From Candidatus Heimdallarchaeota archaeon (GTDB taxonomy: Archaea; Asgardarchaeota; Heimdallarchaeia; JABLTI01), in contig JAUWKS010000069.1 of NCBI GenBank assembly GCA_030614005.1, positions 1 to 16,534 on the forward strand: 16,534 bases of DNA, given 5' to 3'. A program made the translations under genes and the position numbers. Positions within the stretch are counted from its first letter, which is position 1, and each line of letters starts with the position of its first letter. This document shows, piece by piece, positions 1 through 8,239 of this stretch. The notes beneath the pieces were generated by a model that ran no database searches, was not told where the DNA came from, and saw only the letters and a list, made by a program, of their open reading frames with translations.

Positions 1-50
1 ATGAGTATTTTGTATGCTTTTCTTGTGAGGCGCTGTTCTTTTGAGAGCAT
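1..50 (-). CDS. Possible 5' end of a hypothetical protein running off the left edge (MLSKEQRLTRKAYKIL...)
   Basis: ATG at 50-48 on the minus strand, with an in-frame TAG four codons upstream; open to position 1. Only 16 codons are visible and it does not resemble the IorB N-terminus. Confidence 0.2.
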   Translation of the reverse strand, partial: MLSKEQRLTRKAYKIL

Positions 51-293
51 TTTTTCTTCATACTATTATTGTTTAGCTGAATATATTTCATTTAGCTAAA
101 GAGGTTACTGAAAGTATTATCCTTTATTTAAAAGAATAGTTGAACAATTAGCTATTCGTACAGCTTTTCAAGAGTTATTTAAAAAGAAGAAAGAGTATTG
201 AATTGTAGGAGAATCACTATGCAAAATTATTGGCATTTCTATGAAAAAAGATTCTTGCTTATTTTCTTTGACTGTGGAAATTTAAAATATTGG

Positions 294-1742
294 TTAACGA
301 AATGATATTATAACCATTAGCACAGTTCGATGTTTGTTGAACACTGCATTAACAATGCCAGGCATAGCTGCATGGAAGAATGTTGAATCTCCAACAAATG
401 ACATAATAGGTGTATCTGGTAATGCAAGCTTCATTCCTGCTGCTGTTGGGACCCCACTACCCATGCTATAGAGTAACGTTCCTTGGTTGTGGGGATCCAA
501 ATATCCCAGTGAATAACAGCCGATATCTGCCATAGAATAACCTTTGAGTTTATCTAAAACAATCTTAGCTGCGTGGAATGAGGTTCTGTGTCCACATCCT
601 GGACAGAGAACTGGTGAGCGTTTTGGTATGTCGATTTTAGATGATGCAGTAATAATTGGGTTTGGTTTATCTAGCAATTTGGAAAACATATCCACTAATC
701 GAGCAGTTGTATATTCGGAAATCATCAAATCAACATACTCCTGTTCTTTGTGCTTACCGATTATTCTGACATCAGTAATTCCTTCTTCGAATAATGTCAT
801 TTTTACTTGTTCTTCGATGAAGGGATCGAGTTCTTCTAGAATTTTTACTGTCTTGTTCTCTTTTATGAATTTGATGATTTTCTTCATTGGTAGTGGGTAA
901 ATAATTCCTAGTTTGAGTATATTAGCTGTAGCTCCAAGAATTCTCAGTGCAGCCTTAGTAGCTGCATAAGCATGCCCAGCAGTTATAATACCGATCTCAG
1001 GTTTACCATCACCGAATTTTTCTTCAGTTAATAAGGCGCCACTGTTTGCAAGGTCTTCCCATTTTTGAAGATTAAGCAATGCTTTGGTTTTGAGTGGTTT
1101 CAAGGTAGCAGGGAGAGGAACATAACCTCCCTCTAAATTTGGATCATAACCAGTCTTTACTTCAGTATTCTTTATTGGTCCATATTCTACTAAACCTGTT
1201 TGGTGGCAAATTCTAGTCGTTGATCTAACCACGACAGGCATTTTCCATTTATTCGCATAACTCATTGCGAAAACAAAATAATCTTTAGCTTCCTGTGCAT
1301 TTGCAGGTTCAATCATTGGTATATGACCAATTTTTGCGTAATGACGATTATCTTGTTCATTTTGAGAAGAATGCGGTCCAGGATCATCACCAAGTATAAC
1401 TACTAACCCACCTGGCATAGTGTACATACTTAGTTGAACGAAAGAATCCGCAGCAACATTTAATCCAACGCTTTTCATAAAAACCGTCGATGGTAATAAG
1501 CCAATCGCTGCTGTAGCTGCAATTTCTGTGGCAACCTTTTCATTAGTAGAAAATTCAAAATAAATACCACTTTCTTCCGTAATCTCTGCGAGTCTTACAC
1601 CAATTTCACTTGTAGGTGAACCTGGGTAAGCAGTAGCAATTTTTACTCCTGACTCAACCATTCCTCGAACAAATGCATCATTCCCAAGAATTAATTCCTT
1701 GTGAGGAGCATCTTTTAGAATAGGATGTCTCTTTGAGTACAT
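294..1742 (-). CDS. iorA: Indolepyruvate:ferredoxin oxidoreductase alpha subunit, 3'-truncated (482 aa)
   Basis: Typical IorA motifs: LGNDA, AYPGSPTSEI, STNEKVA, MKSVGLNVAAD, GDDPGPHSSQNEQDNR, LCPGCGHR, DIGCYSLG and GDSTFFH. The frame stops at ...VLMVIISFR where DNxxTAMTG and the C-terminal ferredoxin domain are expected. Confidence 0.9.
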   Translation of the reverse strand: MYSKRHPILKDAPHKELILGNDAFVRGMVESGVKIATAYPGSPTSEIGVRLAEITEESGIYFEFSTNEKVATEIAATAAIGLLPSTVFMKSVGLNVAADSFVQLSMYTMPGGLVVILGDDPGPHSSQNEQDNRHYAKIGHIPMIEPANAQEAKDYFVFAMSYANKWKMPVVVRSTTRICHQTGLVEYGPIKNTEVKTGYDPNLEGGYVPLPATLKPLKTKALLNLQKWEDLANSGALLTEEKFGDGKPEIGIITAGHAYAATKAALRILGATANILKLGIIYPLPMKKIIKFIKENKTVKILEELDPFIEEQVKMTLFEEGITDVRIIGKHKEQEYVDLMISEYTTARLVDMFSKLLDKPNPIITASSKIDIPKRSPVLCPGCGHRTSFHAAKIVLDKLKGYSMADIGCYSLGYLDPHNQGTLLYSMGSGVPTAAGMKLALPDTPIMSFVGDSTFFHAAMPGIVNAVFNKHRTVLMVIISFR

Positions 1743-1865
1743 TACATCAATTTCCTTTTGATTTTTGTTTCAAACAATTAAAGAAAGATAGTTCTCTAGT
1801 GAATAAAACGTAAAAATAGCTCTTAATCTTTTCTATTTACAAAGCAAGATGCTTGAAGAGTGTTT

Positions 1866-2957
1866 TCAGATATCAAAACACTCGAATAAACCGTTAGGAA
1901 GATCTGCCATTATTATTTCATCCCCATCTGAATGATCCTCAAAAATGAATTGACTATTAATATCAATTGTTTCAAATGAACCAGAATTCATAAGAGAAAC
2001 GTTGGGTGGTTGAAGTGCCATAATGATAAATTTTGGTAGATTTACTTTCTTCTTTATGATAATGAGATTATCAGGATGACTTTCTTTATGGGAAAGGGTT
2101 TTGTGGTCTCTTGTTTTTAGATTGAACAATTCTATTCTGCCAAAAACGAATCGTATTATTTGGTGTGATTCATGTTGATACTCTACAACATCACCAACTT
2201 CAAAATATGGCACTCGAATACAATAGGTTGAGAGGTAAACTGGTTTGCCATCCTTTACTGATTTTAATTTGGTACTATATTCAATAGATGCTGCAAGGTT
2301 CTCTGCAAGATAATGAGCAATGTTTTTAGCAAAGTTTTCACTCCCAATGTAAAGATCAATGCCACCCCTTGTTTGGTCCTCAAACTTGGCAATATATGCC
2401 ATTCGATTGCCACCAAAGTTCTCTTCCTTTTTAGTTTTAATAAGCTCGGAGATAAACCGCTGTTCATCTTCATTTATGTCTCTTTGATCACTACGCACTT
2501 GAACAATCGACTCAAAATAGCCTCGATTAAATTTCGCACAACGTTCGCAAACACCAATATTGATAATTAAATTAAGATCCATTTCCTGCTGATATGGAGG
2601 GACTTCAGCATTGGGACTTCCTTCAAAAATAATTTTAAGAAGGTGTTTTGAAGCAATATCAAATGGTGGATCACCAAAATCTGAAACAACCATTAATTTT
2701 GTTCCTTTAGCTTTTTTTGCTTTCTTTACAAATCCATCGAGAATTTCATGGATAATATCTGCTGGACTATCAATTACTTGTCTCCATTTACTATGATACA
2801 TTAAATCGCTGCAAACCTTACACGCAGTAATATTAAGCTGTTTTTCTGGGAAGGAGATGATCAAGGGAAATTCTAGAGCGTAACAGCTAAGACAAAAACC
2901 TTCTACTATTTTTTCTTCTGAATCAGTTTTTCCACATTTACAACAAATTTGTCCCAT
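1866..2957 (-). CDS. nmd3: NMD3-family ribosome biogenesis protein
   Basis: Four Cys pairs (CCKCG, CLSC, CKVC, CERC), followed by GYFESIVQVR and GGIDLYIGS; archaeal length with C-terminal OB/eIF5A-like regions. Confidence 0.92.
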   Translation of the reverse strand: MGQICCKCGKTDSEEKIVEGFCLSCYALEFPLIISFPEKQLNITACKVCSDLMYHSKWRQVIDSPADIIHEILDGFVKKAKKAKGTKLMVVSDFGDPPFDIASKHLLKIIFEGSPNAEVPPYQQEMDLNLIINIGVCERCAKFNRGYFESIVQVRSDQRDINEDEQRFISELIKTKKEENFGGNRMAYIAKFEDQTRGGIDLYIGSENFAKNIAHYLAENLAASIEYSTKLKSVKDGKPVYLSTYCIRVPYFEVGDVVEYQHESHQIIRFVFGRIELFNLKTRDHKTLSHKESHPDNLIIIKKKVNLPKFIIMALQPPNVSLMNSGSFETIDINSQFIFEDHSDGDEIIMADLPNGLFECFDI

Positions 2958-3009
2958 AGATGTTTCACCTTTACGAAATAAAGTTGGTATTGATATTAAT
3001 CACGCAGTT

Positions 3010-3333
3010 TTAGCGCAATAACATAACATGTCCTATGCGCCCATTTTTTTTGCACTCTAACCACATGACTGCCAGGTCGCTAACTATTCGATTTTCTACA
3101 GCAGCATTTACTATCTCGAAACCAATAAGATTACAACTTGTAGCTTTATTCATTTCCTCTAAGCATTGATCAATGGTGACTAAATCGCCTCCAAAGAAAC
3201 GTTCATTGACGTAGAGTTCAGTTTCACCATCAATTAGAGTTTCTCCTAGCAATTTCTCATCACATGCTGTGACTAGGTAATCTCTTTCGGTTTGTCGCAC
3301 TCGCAGATAGAACCGCTGTCCTTTCTTTTTCAT
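3010..3333 (-). CDS. DUF424 family protein
   Basis: Motifs LVTACDEKLLG, VNERFFGG and NLIG; lies between nmd3 and aIF-2beta. The ATG at 3333 has GAGTGA upstream and is preferred over the GTG at 3342. Confidence 0.85.
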   Translation of the reverse strand: MKKKGQRFYLRVRQTERDYLVTACDEKLLGETLIDGETELYVNERFFGGDLVTIDQCLEEMNKATSCNLIGFEIVNAAVENRIVSDLAVMWLECKKNGRIGHVMLLR

Positions 3334-3372
3334 TGGTATCACTCAAAGAAGTTGGTGATGTTTTTTCAACAT

Positions 3373-3786
3373 CTAAACTGATTTGACACTTGTTCGAGCA
3401 CCGCATGCTTCACAAACAAGAAAGTTTATTCGATCTTCTCTTATCAATACTGTATCTGGTTTTCCACATTCAGGACAGATAACATATTCTTTGATATAAC
3501 GATTGAAGAGGTCAATCATTGTTCCTCGAAAGTGCTTGCCTGAAAAGACTGCTCTTTGTCCTTCAATATTTGCTGAAGTAGCTAATTCTTTTGTAATGAA
3601 TTTTAATACATGGTTTTCATCACGTTGTAAAGCAGTAACTATTTGGTGCCAGTTTTTTACGAATGTGCGGTTGCCTTGAATATCTGCATCTGGTTTTGGG
3701 GGTTCAAAACGTGATTTTTCAAATATTTTTTCTGGGATTTGTTCACGAGCGCGTTTCAATAAATCCTTATAATTTTGATTTGACAT
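3373..3786 (-). CDS. eif2b: Translation initiation factor 2 beta subunit (aIF-2beta)
   Basis: RFEPP, GNRTF, KELAT, YIKEYVICPECGKPDT and C-terminal CEACGA zinc ribbon; 137 aa. Confidence 0.96.
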   Translation of the reverse strand: MSNQNYKDLLKRAREQIPEKIFEKSRFEPPKPDADIQGNRTFVKNWHQIVTALQRDENHVLKFITKELATSANIEGQRAVFSGKHFRGTMIDLFNRYIKEYVICPECGKPDTVLIREDRINFLVCEACGARTSVKSV

Positions 3787-3809
3787 AAAGCTACTTCTCT
3801 AACAAGTAA

Positions 3810-3824
3810 ATATTAAACTTTTTC
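3810..3824 (-). promoter_or_regulatory. Candidate archaeal BRE-TATA promoter of the aIF-2beta/DUF424/nmd3 unit
   Basis: Minus strand reads GAAAAAG-TTTAATAT; the TATA-like element lies 24-31 nt upstream of the ATG at 3786. Confidence 0.45.
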
Positions 3825-3913
3825 ACTTTTCCCTATTAAGGTTTACAGAAATACCTCACTCTATGCCGAAAAAACCAAAAAGGAACGTTCAAATATCAAT
3901 TCGTGTTTCGCTC

Positions 3914-4705
3914 ATGACTGTAGAATTTGGTATCATTGGTGGTTCTGGCTTTTACTCTATTTCTTCAAAAGGTGTTGAAGAGAATATTGAGACCCCGTTT
4001 GGAACTGTCGCAGTAAATATTTTCGATATAAATGATAGAAAAGTTGCTTTTATTACTCGACATGGATTAAAACACAGCATTCCTCCCCATTTAGTTAACT
4101 ATCGAGCAAATATATTCGCTTTGCATTCAATAGGTGTGAAACAAATAATTACCTCAAGTGCTGTTGGTTCTATGAAAGAGGAGATATTTCCTGGTAGCTT
4201 TGTTATACCCGATCAGTTCATAGATTTCACTATTGGGAGACCAAAAACATTCTTCGTAGATAATTTTGAAGTGAAATTGAACAATGGTTCAATACGAAAA
4301 GGTGTTGTTCACGTCGATTTAAGTGAACCCTACTGCCCTCATTTACGAGACGAATTGTTCATACAATCGAAAAAAATTGCTAAAAATGCTTTCAATAATG
4401 GTGTGTATGTTTGCACTGAAGGTCCAAGATTTGAAACCCCTGCTGAAATTAGTGCTTTCAAAATATTAGGGGGAACGTTAGTAGGGATGACTTCTGTTTC
4501 TGAATGTGTTCTTGCCCGAGAACTAGGTATTTGTTATTCTACTATTTGCTTGGTTACTAATTTTGCTGCAGGAATGCAAGAAAAGATTTCTACAGAAGAA
4601 GTATTCGCAGTATTCAAATCAAAAGTACTTGAACTCGAAGAAATAATTGTAAATACAATAGCTAATCTTGAAATTTCAGCTAAAAATTGTTCATGTGATA
4701 AGTAA
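3914..4705 (+). CDS. mtnP: MtnP/PNP2-family nucleoside phosphorylase, probably 6-oxopurine or methylthioinosine specific
   Basis: GIIGGSG, RHG, NYRANI, PDQFIDFT, EGPRFETPAE and VGMT. VTNFAAG has Asn where MTAP has VTDYD. The ATG at 3914 (MTVEFGIIGGSG) fits the family N-terminus better than 3863. Confidence 0.88.
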   Translation: MTVEFGIIGGSGFYSISSKGVEENIETPFGTVAVNIFDINDRKVAFITRHGLKHSIPPHLVNYRANIFALHSIGVKQIITSSAVGSMKEEIFPGSFVIPDQFIDFTIGRPKTFFVDNFEVKLNNGSIRKGVVHVDLSEPYCPHLRDELFIQSKKIAKNAFNNGVYVCTEGPRFETPAEISAFKILGGTLVGMTSVSECVLARELGICYSTICLVTNFAAGMQEKISTEEVFAVFKSKVLELEEIIVNTIANLEISAKNCSCDK

Positions 4706-4744
4706 AAAAATCACAACTCAAAATGAAAAAAAGAGACAATTTTG

Positions 4745-4765
4745 AGCATTTTTCTATGCTTTTTT
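4745..4765 (+). terminator. Possible terminator after the phosphorylase gene
   Basis: AGCAT-ttttct-ATGCT 5-bp stem running into a T-tract, 40 nt after the stop. Confidence 0.3.
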
Positions 4766-4799
4766 GATAGAAGTAATAATTATATACCATATTGCGAAT

Positions 4800-4818
4800 A
4801 ATAGTTGAATAAACTATT
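4800..4818. promoter_or_regulatory. Palindrome AATAGTT-N5-AACTATT, candidate transcription-factor site upstream of operon 1
   Basis: Perfect 7-bp inverted repeat about 45 nt upstream of the TATA-like box. The AT-rich context makes chance occurrence possible. Confidence 0.25.
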
Positions 4819-4864
4819 TTGTAAAAAATGGATAATTTACTCTTGTAAGTTAAACAAAATTTGG

Positions 4865-4874
4865 TATATATAAA
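4865..4874 (+). promoter_or_regulatory. TATA-box candidate for operon 1
   Basis: TATATATAAA 20-30 nt upstream of ATG 4895; GGGTGA SD-like sequence at 4883-4888. Confidence 0.4.
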
Positions 4875-4894
4875 ATGTCCAAGGGTGAACGGAG

Positions 4895-5743
4895 ATGTAC
4901 AGTTACGTATCACTAAAAGTTGATTGCCCTCTTTGCGGGAAATCTTTAATGGATTCTGAAGTGCATGTAGATGACATTCCGAGTATTAAATTAAATATAT
5001 CCGAGAATGGTGAACGAGGTACGATAAACTTAAGCTCGTTCTATGGGAGTTATAATTATGAATGTGATATTGACATTCATGATGAATTAATCTATCAATT
5101 CTATTGTCCACACTGTATTGAAAATCTTAATTCTGAAGAAGAAAACTGTGACGTATGTTCTTCACAAGCAGTTACTTTGAAAATTAGAGAAGGTGGAGAA
5201 GTAAGGTTTTGTCCAAGAGCAGGTTGTAAAAATCACAATGTGGAATTTGTTGATCTTTCAAATGTTCTAAATTACTTAAAACAGAATATTGAGAAACCAG
5301 AGATTATTGAAATAAATAGCGCCGAAGAAAAAGCTCTCCAAAAAGAGTTAATTAGAAGCGGCACTTTCTTACGAATATACTGCCCTCATTGTAAAAAGAG
5401 TTTAGTCGAGAAAAATTCAGTCATGTTCAAAATTGTAAACCAAAAAAATGAGAAAGGTTATTTGACATTGAGCCCCTATCTGAACGTTTTTGCAGAGAAA
5501 TCTACAATCTTCGTTCCAAATGGTGCTGTTGCAAGTGATATCCTGTGTCCATTCTGTGAAAAATCATTGGTAGATCCAGAAGATTTATGCCAAGAATGTA
5601 AATCACCTACAGTAAATGTCAATGTTGCTGCTGTAAGAAAAATGATTGATTTTCATTTCTGTTCAATGAAAGGCTGCCATTGGCATAGTCTTAGTCAAGA
5701 AGATTTGCATCACGTTTTGTTGGAAGATAGTCTCAGTTGGTAA
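4895..5743 (+). CDS. Cys-rich hypothetical protein A, tandem duplication of an 8-Cys/1-His metal-binding domain
   Basis: 282 aa with two repeats of CxxC-x~50-CxxC-x10-CxxC-x17/20-Cx4Cx2H (C11-H114 and C163-H264). SD present; colinear paralog at 12428-13288. Confidence 0.9.
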   Translation: MYSYVSLKVDCPLCGKSLMDSEVHVDDIPSIKLNISENGERGTINLSSFYGSYNYECDIDIHDELIYQFYCPHCIENLNSEEENCDVCSSQAVTLKIREGGEVRFCPRAGCKNHNVEFVDLSNVLNYLKQNIEKPEIIEINSAEEKALQKELIRSGTFLRIYCPHCKKSLVEKNSVMFKIVNQKNEKGYLTLSPYLNVFAEKSTIFVPNGAVASDILCPFCEKSLVDPEDLCQECKSPTVNVNVAAVRKMIDFHFCSMKGCHWHSLSQEDLHHVLLEDSLSW

Positions 5744-5825
5744 AAAGGAACCAAAAGATAAGATAAGTGTCTACTAACAACGATTGAATTTATAGAAAAA
5801 ACATTGTTAAAGAGGAATTTTAAAA

Positions 5826-6365
5826 ATGACTATTGAAAGTAATAAAATTTCCACTCAAAGTTTTAAGCTCACTAGCTCTGCAATAAAAAGTATCACTAAA
5901 ATATTAGAGCATAATGATCACGACCCAAGAAATCTAATACAAATTTTACAGGAACTACAAGACGAATTTCATTATCTACCAGAACCAATCATTTCCTATA
6001 TTGCAAAACAACTGAAAATTTCAGAACATCACATTTTTGGAGTGGCTACTTTTTATTCTCAGTTCAAATTTATTGAACCGGGTAAACATATAATACGGGT
6101 TTGTATGGGGACTGCATGTCATGTAATGGGTGCTCAATCTTTATTGGATAAATTATCTCGAGAGCTTAAGATTATCTCTGGGGAAACCACGAAAGATGGT
6201 TTATTCAGTTTAGAAAGTGTGTACTGCTTAGGATGTTGTGCTTTAGCCCCTGTAATGGTTATTGACGATGAAGTCTTTGGAAGTATGACTGCTGCTAAAG
6301 TAAATAGAACTCTGAGAAAATATCAGAAACAGAACTCTGGTAATAAAGGGAGGAATAAGAAGTGA
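5826..6365 (+). CDS. nuoE: NuoE/HydC-like [2Fe-2S] subunit
   Basis: LIQILQELQ...YLP, GVATFYSQF, CMGTACH...CLGCCALAP (Cx4C...Cx3C); GAGGA SD at 5812-5816. Confidence 0.93.
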   Translation: MTIESNKISTQSFKLTSSAIKSITKILEHNDHDPRNLIQILQELQDEFHYLPEPIISYIAKQLKISEHHIFGVATFYSQFKFIEPGKHIIRVCMGTACHVMGAQSLLDKLSRELKIISGETTKDGLFSLESVYCLGCCALAPVMVIDDEVFGSMTAAKVNRTLRKYQKQNSGNKGRNKK

Positions 6366-8239
6366 TAGATTTTGATACGATGGTAAAGAAGGCAAAAGCT
6401 TCTTGGAATTCATTACATGATCAAAAGAAACCTGTGATTTTTGCTGGTGCAGCTTCTTGCGGACGAGCAGCTGGCATTTTACCAGTTATAGAACAACTAA
6501 AGGAACTTTCCAAAAAAATCCCTCTTGATATTATTGAAGTTGGTTGTATTGGTCCTTGCTATTTAGAACCTATTATCGGCATTCAGATAAAAGGAGAACC
6601 AACAATTCTCTATGCAAATGTTCAACCGATTCAGGCACAAGAATTAGTTGAGAATTATCTCGTTAAGAACGATCCTCAACCAGATAAAGCAATTGGAACA
6701 ATTGGAGAAGGTAAAATAGAAGGCATTCAATCATTTTGGGAACATCCAATGATCAAGGATCAAGTACGTATCGTTTTGAAAAATTGCGGAATAATCGATC
6801 CTGCAAACATTAATCATTATTTGGCAATGGATGGTTATCAAGGCCTAAAGCAAGCATTAGCAATGAAACCTGAAGATGTCATTGAGAAAGTGCAAGAATC
6901 TGGCTTAAGAGGGCGAGGTGGTGCAGGATTCCCCACTGGTTTGAAATGGAAGTTCACACGTTCCGAAAAGGAACCTGAAAAATACATTATTTGCAATGCA
7001 GACGAAGGTGACCCTGGTGCATTTATGAATCGTTCCTTAATAGAAGGCGACCCACATGCAGTTCTAGAAGGTATGGTGATTGGCGCTTATGCAATAGGAG
7101 CAAGTACAGGTTATGTCTATTGTCGAGCAGAATATCCATTAGCTATTGATCGATTTGAGAAAGCTATTGCTGCTATGAAAAAACATGGTTTATTGGGTGA
7201 GAATATACTAAATAGTGGTTTTTCATTTGATATTCAAATAAAGAAAGGTGCGGGTGCGTTCGTTTGTGGAGAAGAAACAGCATTAATTGCTTCAATAGAA
7301 GGAGAAAGAGGTATGCCAAGACAAAAACCACCCTATCCATCACAGGAAGGTGTCTGGGGTAAACCAACTGTTATTAACAACGTGGAAACGCTGGGAACCG
7401 TACCGGTTATTTTACGTGAAAAATCATCTTGGTATACTAAATATGGAACTAAGCAATCAAAAGGGACGAAAACATTCTCATTAGTTGGTAAGGTGAAACG
7501 CACTGGATTAATTGAGGTTCCTCTTGGCACAACATTGCGCAAAGTAATTTTTGATATAGGTGGAGGCATCAAAGAAGATAAGGGTTTCAAAGCCATTCAA
7601 GTAGGTGGTCCCTCCGGAGGAACAATCCCGTCTGCGTTTATAGATGAAACACTTGATTATGAAGAATTGACAAAGCTAGGAGCAATTATGGGTTCAGGTG
7701 GGGTAGTCGTTATTGATGAGGACACTTGTGTTGTTGATTTAGCAAAATATTTCCTGCAATTCATTCAAGCAGAATCTTGTGGGAAATGCGTTCCATGTCG
7801 TGTTGGAAATAAACAATTGCTTGATTTATTAGTAAAAATATCAAAAGGATTAGGAAATATCGATGATTTTGAACTACTTGAAGAGCTAGCTTTTACCATT
7901 TCACAAGGATCATTATGTGGTTTGGGAAAAACAGCACCAAATCCTGTTATCACTACTTTAACTTATTTCAGAGACGAATACAAAGCACATGTAATAGATA
8001 AAATATGCCCAGCAAAAGTTTGCAAAGACCTATTTCTATACCAAGTGGATGCTGAAACTTGTATCGGTTGCGAAATCTGCAGGAAACGATGTCCTGTGGG
8101 AGCTATTACCGGGGAAAAGAAACAACCCCACGTAATAGATTTTGAAAAATGCATTAAATGTGATGTGTGTTCAACGAATTGTCCCGCAAAAGCAATTCGT
8201 AAAATAGACAAGGTGAGTGTTAAAATTGTTAGTAATTAA
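6362..8239 (+). CDS. nuoF: NuoF/HydB-like FMN/NADH-binding subunit of the electron-bifurcating (HydB) architecture
   Basis: N-terminal thioredoxin-like Fe-S domain (SCG...GCIGPC), GLRGRGGAGFPTGLKW, CNADEGDPGAFM, GAGAFVCGEET, ESCGKCVPCR...SLCG, HVIDKICPAKVC and a C-terminal 2x[4Fe-4S] domain (CIGCEICRKRCP, CIKCDVCSTNCP). GTG start overlaps the upstream TGA; GGGAGG SD. Confidence 0.93.
   Translation: MIDFDTMVKKAKASWNSLHDQKKPVIFAGAASCGRAAGILPVIEQLKELSKKIPLDIIEVGCIGPCYLEPIIGIQIKGEPTILYANVQPIQAQELVENYLVKNDPQPDKAIGTIGEGKIEGIQSFWEHPMIKDQVRIVLKNCGIIDPANINHYLAMDGYQGLKQALAMKPEDVIEKVQESGLRGRGGAGFPTGLKWKFTRSEKEPEKYIICNADEGDPGAFMNRSLIEGDPHAVLEGMVIGAYAIGASTGYVYCRAEYPLAIDRFEKAIAAMKKHGLLGENILNSGFSFDIQIKKGAGAFVCGEETALIASIEGERGMPRQKPPYPSQEGVWGKPTVINNVETLGTVPVILREKSSWYTKYGTKQSKGTKTFSLVGKVKRTGLIEVPLGTTLRKVIFDIGGGIKEDKGFKAIQVGGPSGGTIPSAFIDETLDYEELTKLGAIMGSGGVVVIDEDTCVVDLAKYFLQFIQAESCGKCVPCRVGNKQLLDLLVKISKGLGNIDDFELLEELAFTISQGSLCGLGKTAPNPVITTLTYFRDEYKAHVIDKICPAKVCKDLFLYQVDAETCIGCEICRKRCPVGAITGEKKQPHVIDFEKCIKCDVCSTNCPAKAIRKIDKVSVKIVSN

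Noticed and set aside
544-900. 118-aa plus-strand ORF
   Set aside because: Entirely antisense to iorA, with no motifs or RBS; shadow ORF.
2264-2796. Short ORFs overlapping nmd3 (2264-2473, 2313-2570, 2611-2796)
   Set aside because: Alternative-frame or antisense shadows of a well-supported gene.
3863-3913. 17-aa N-terminal extension (MPKKPKRNVQ...) of the phosphorylase
   Set aside because: Family similarity begins at Met 3914, and the extension lies in the divergent promoter region.
4680-4913. 77-aa minus-strand ORF across the intergenic region
   Set aside because: Low-complexity Phe/Tyr/Ile/Lys composition typical of AT-rich non-coding DNA; overlaps both flanking genes and the promoter.
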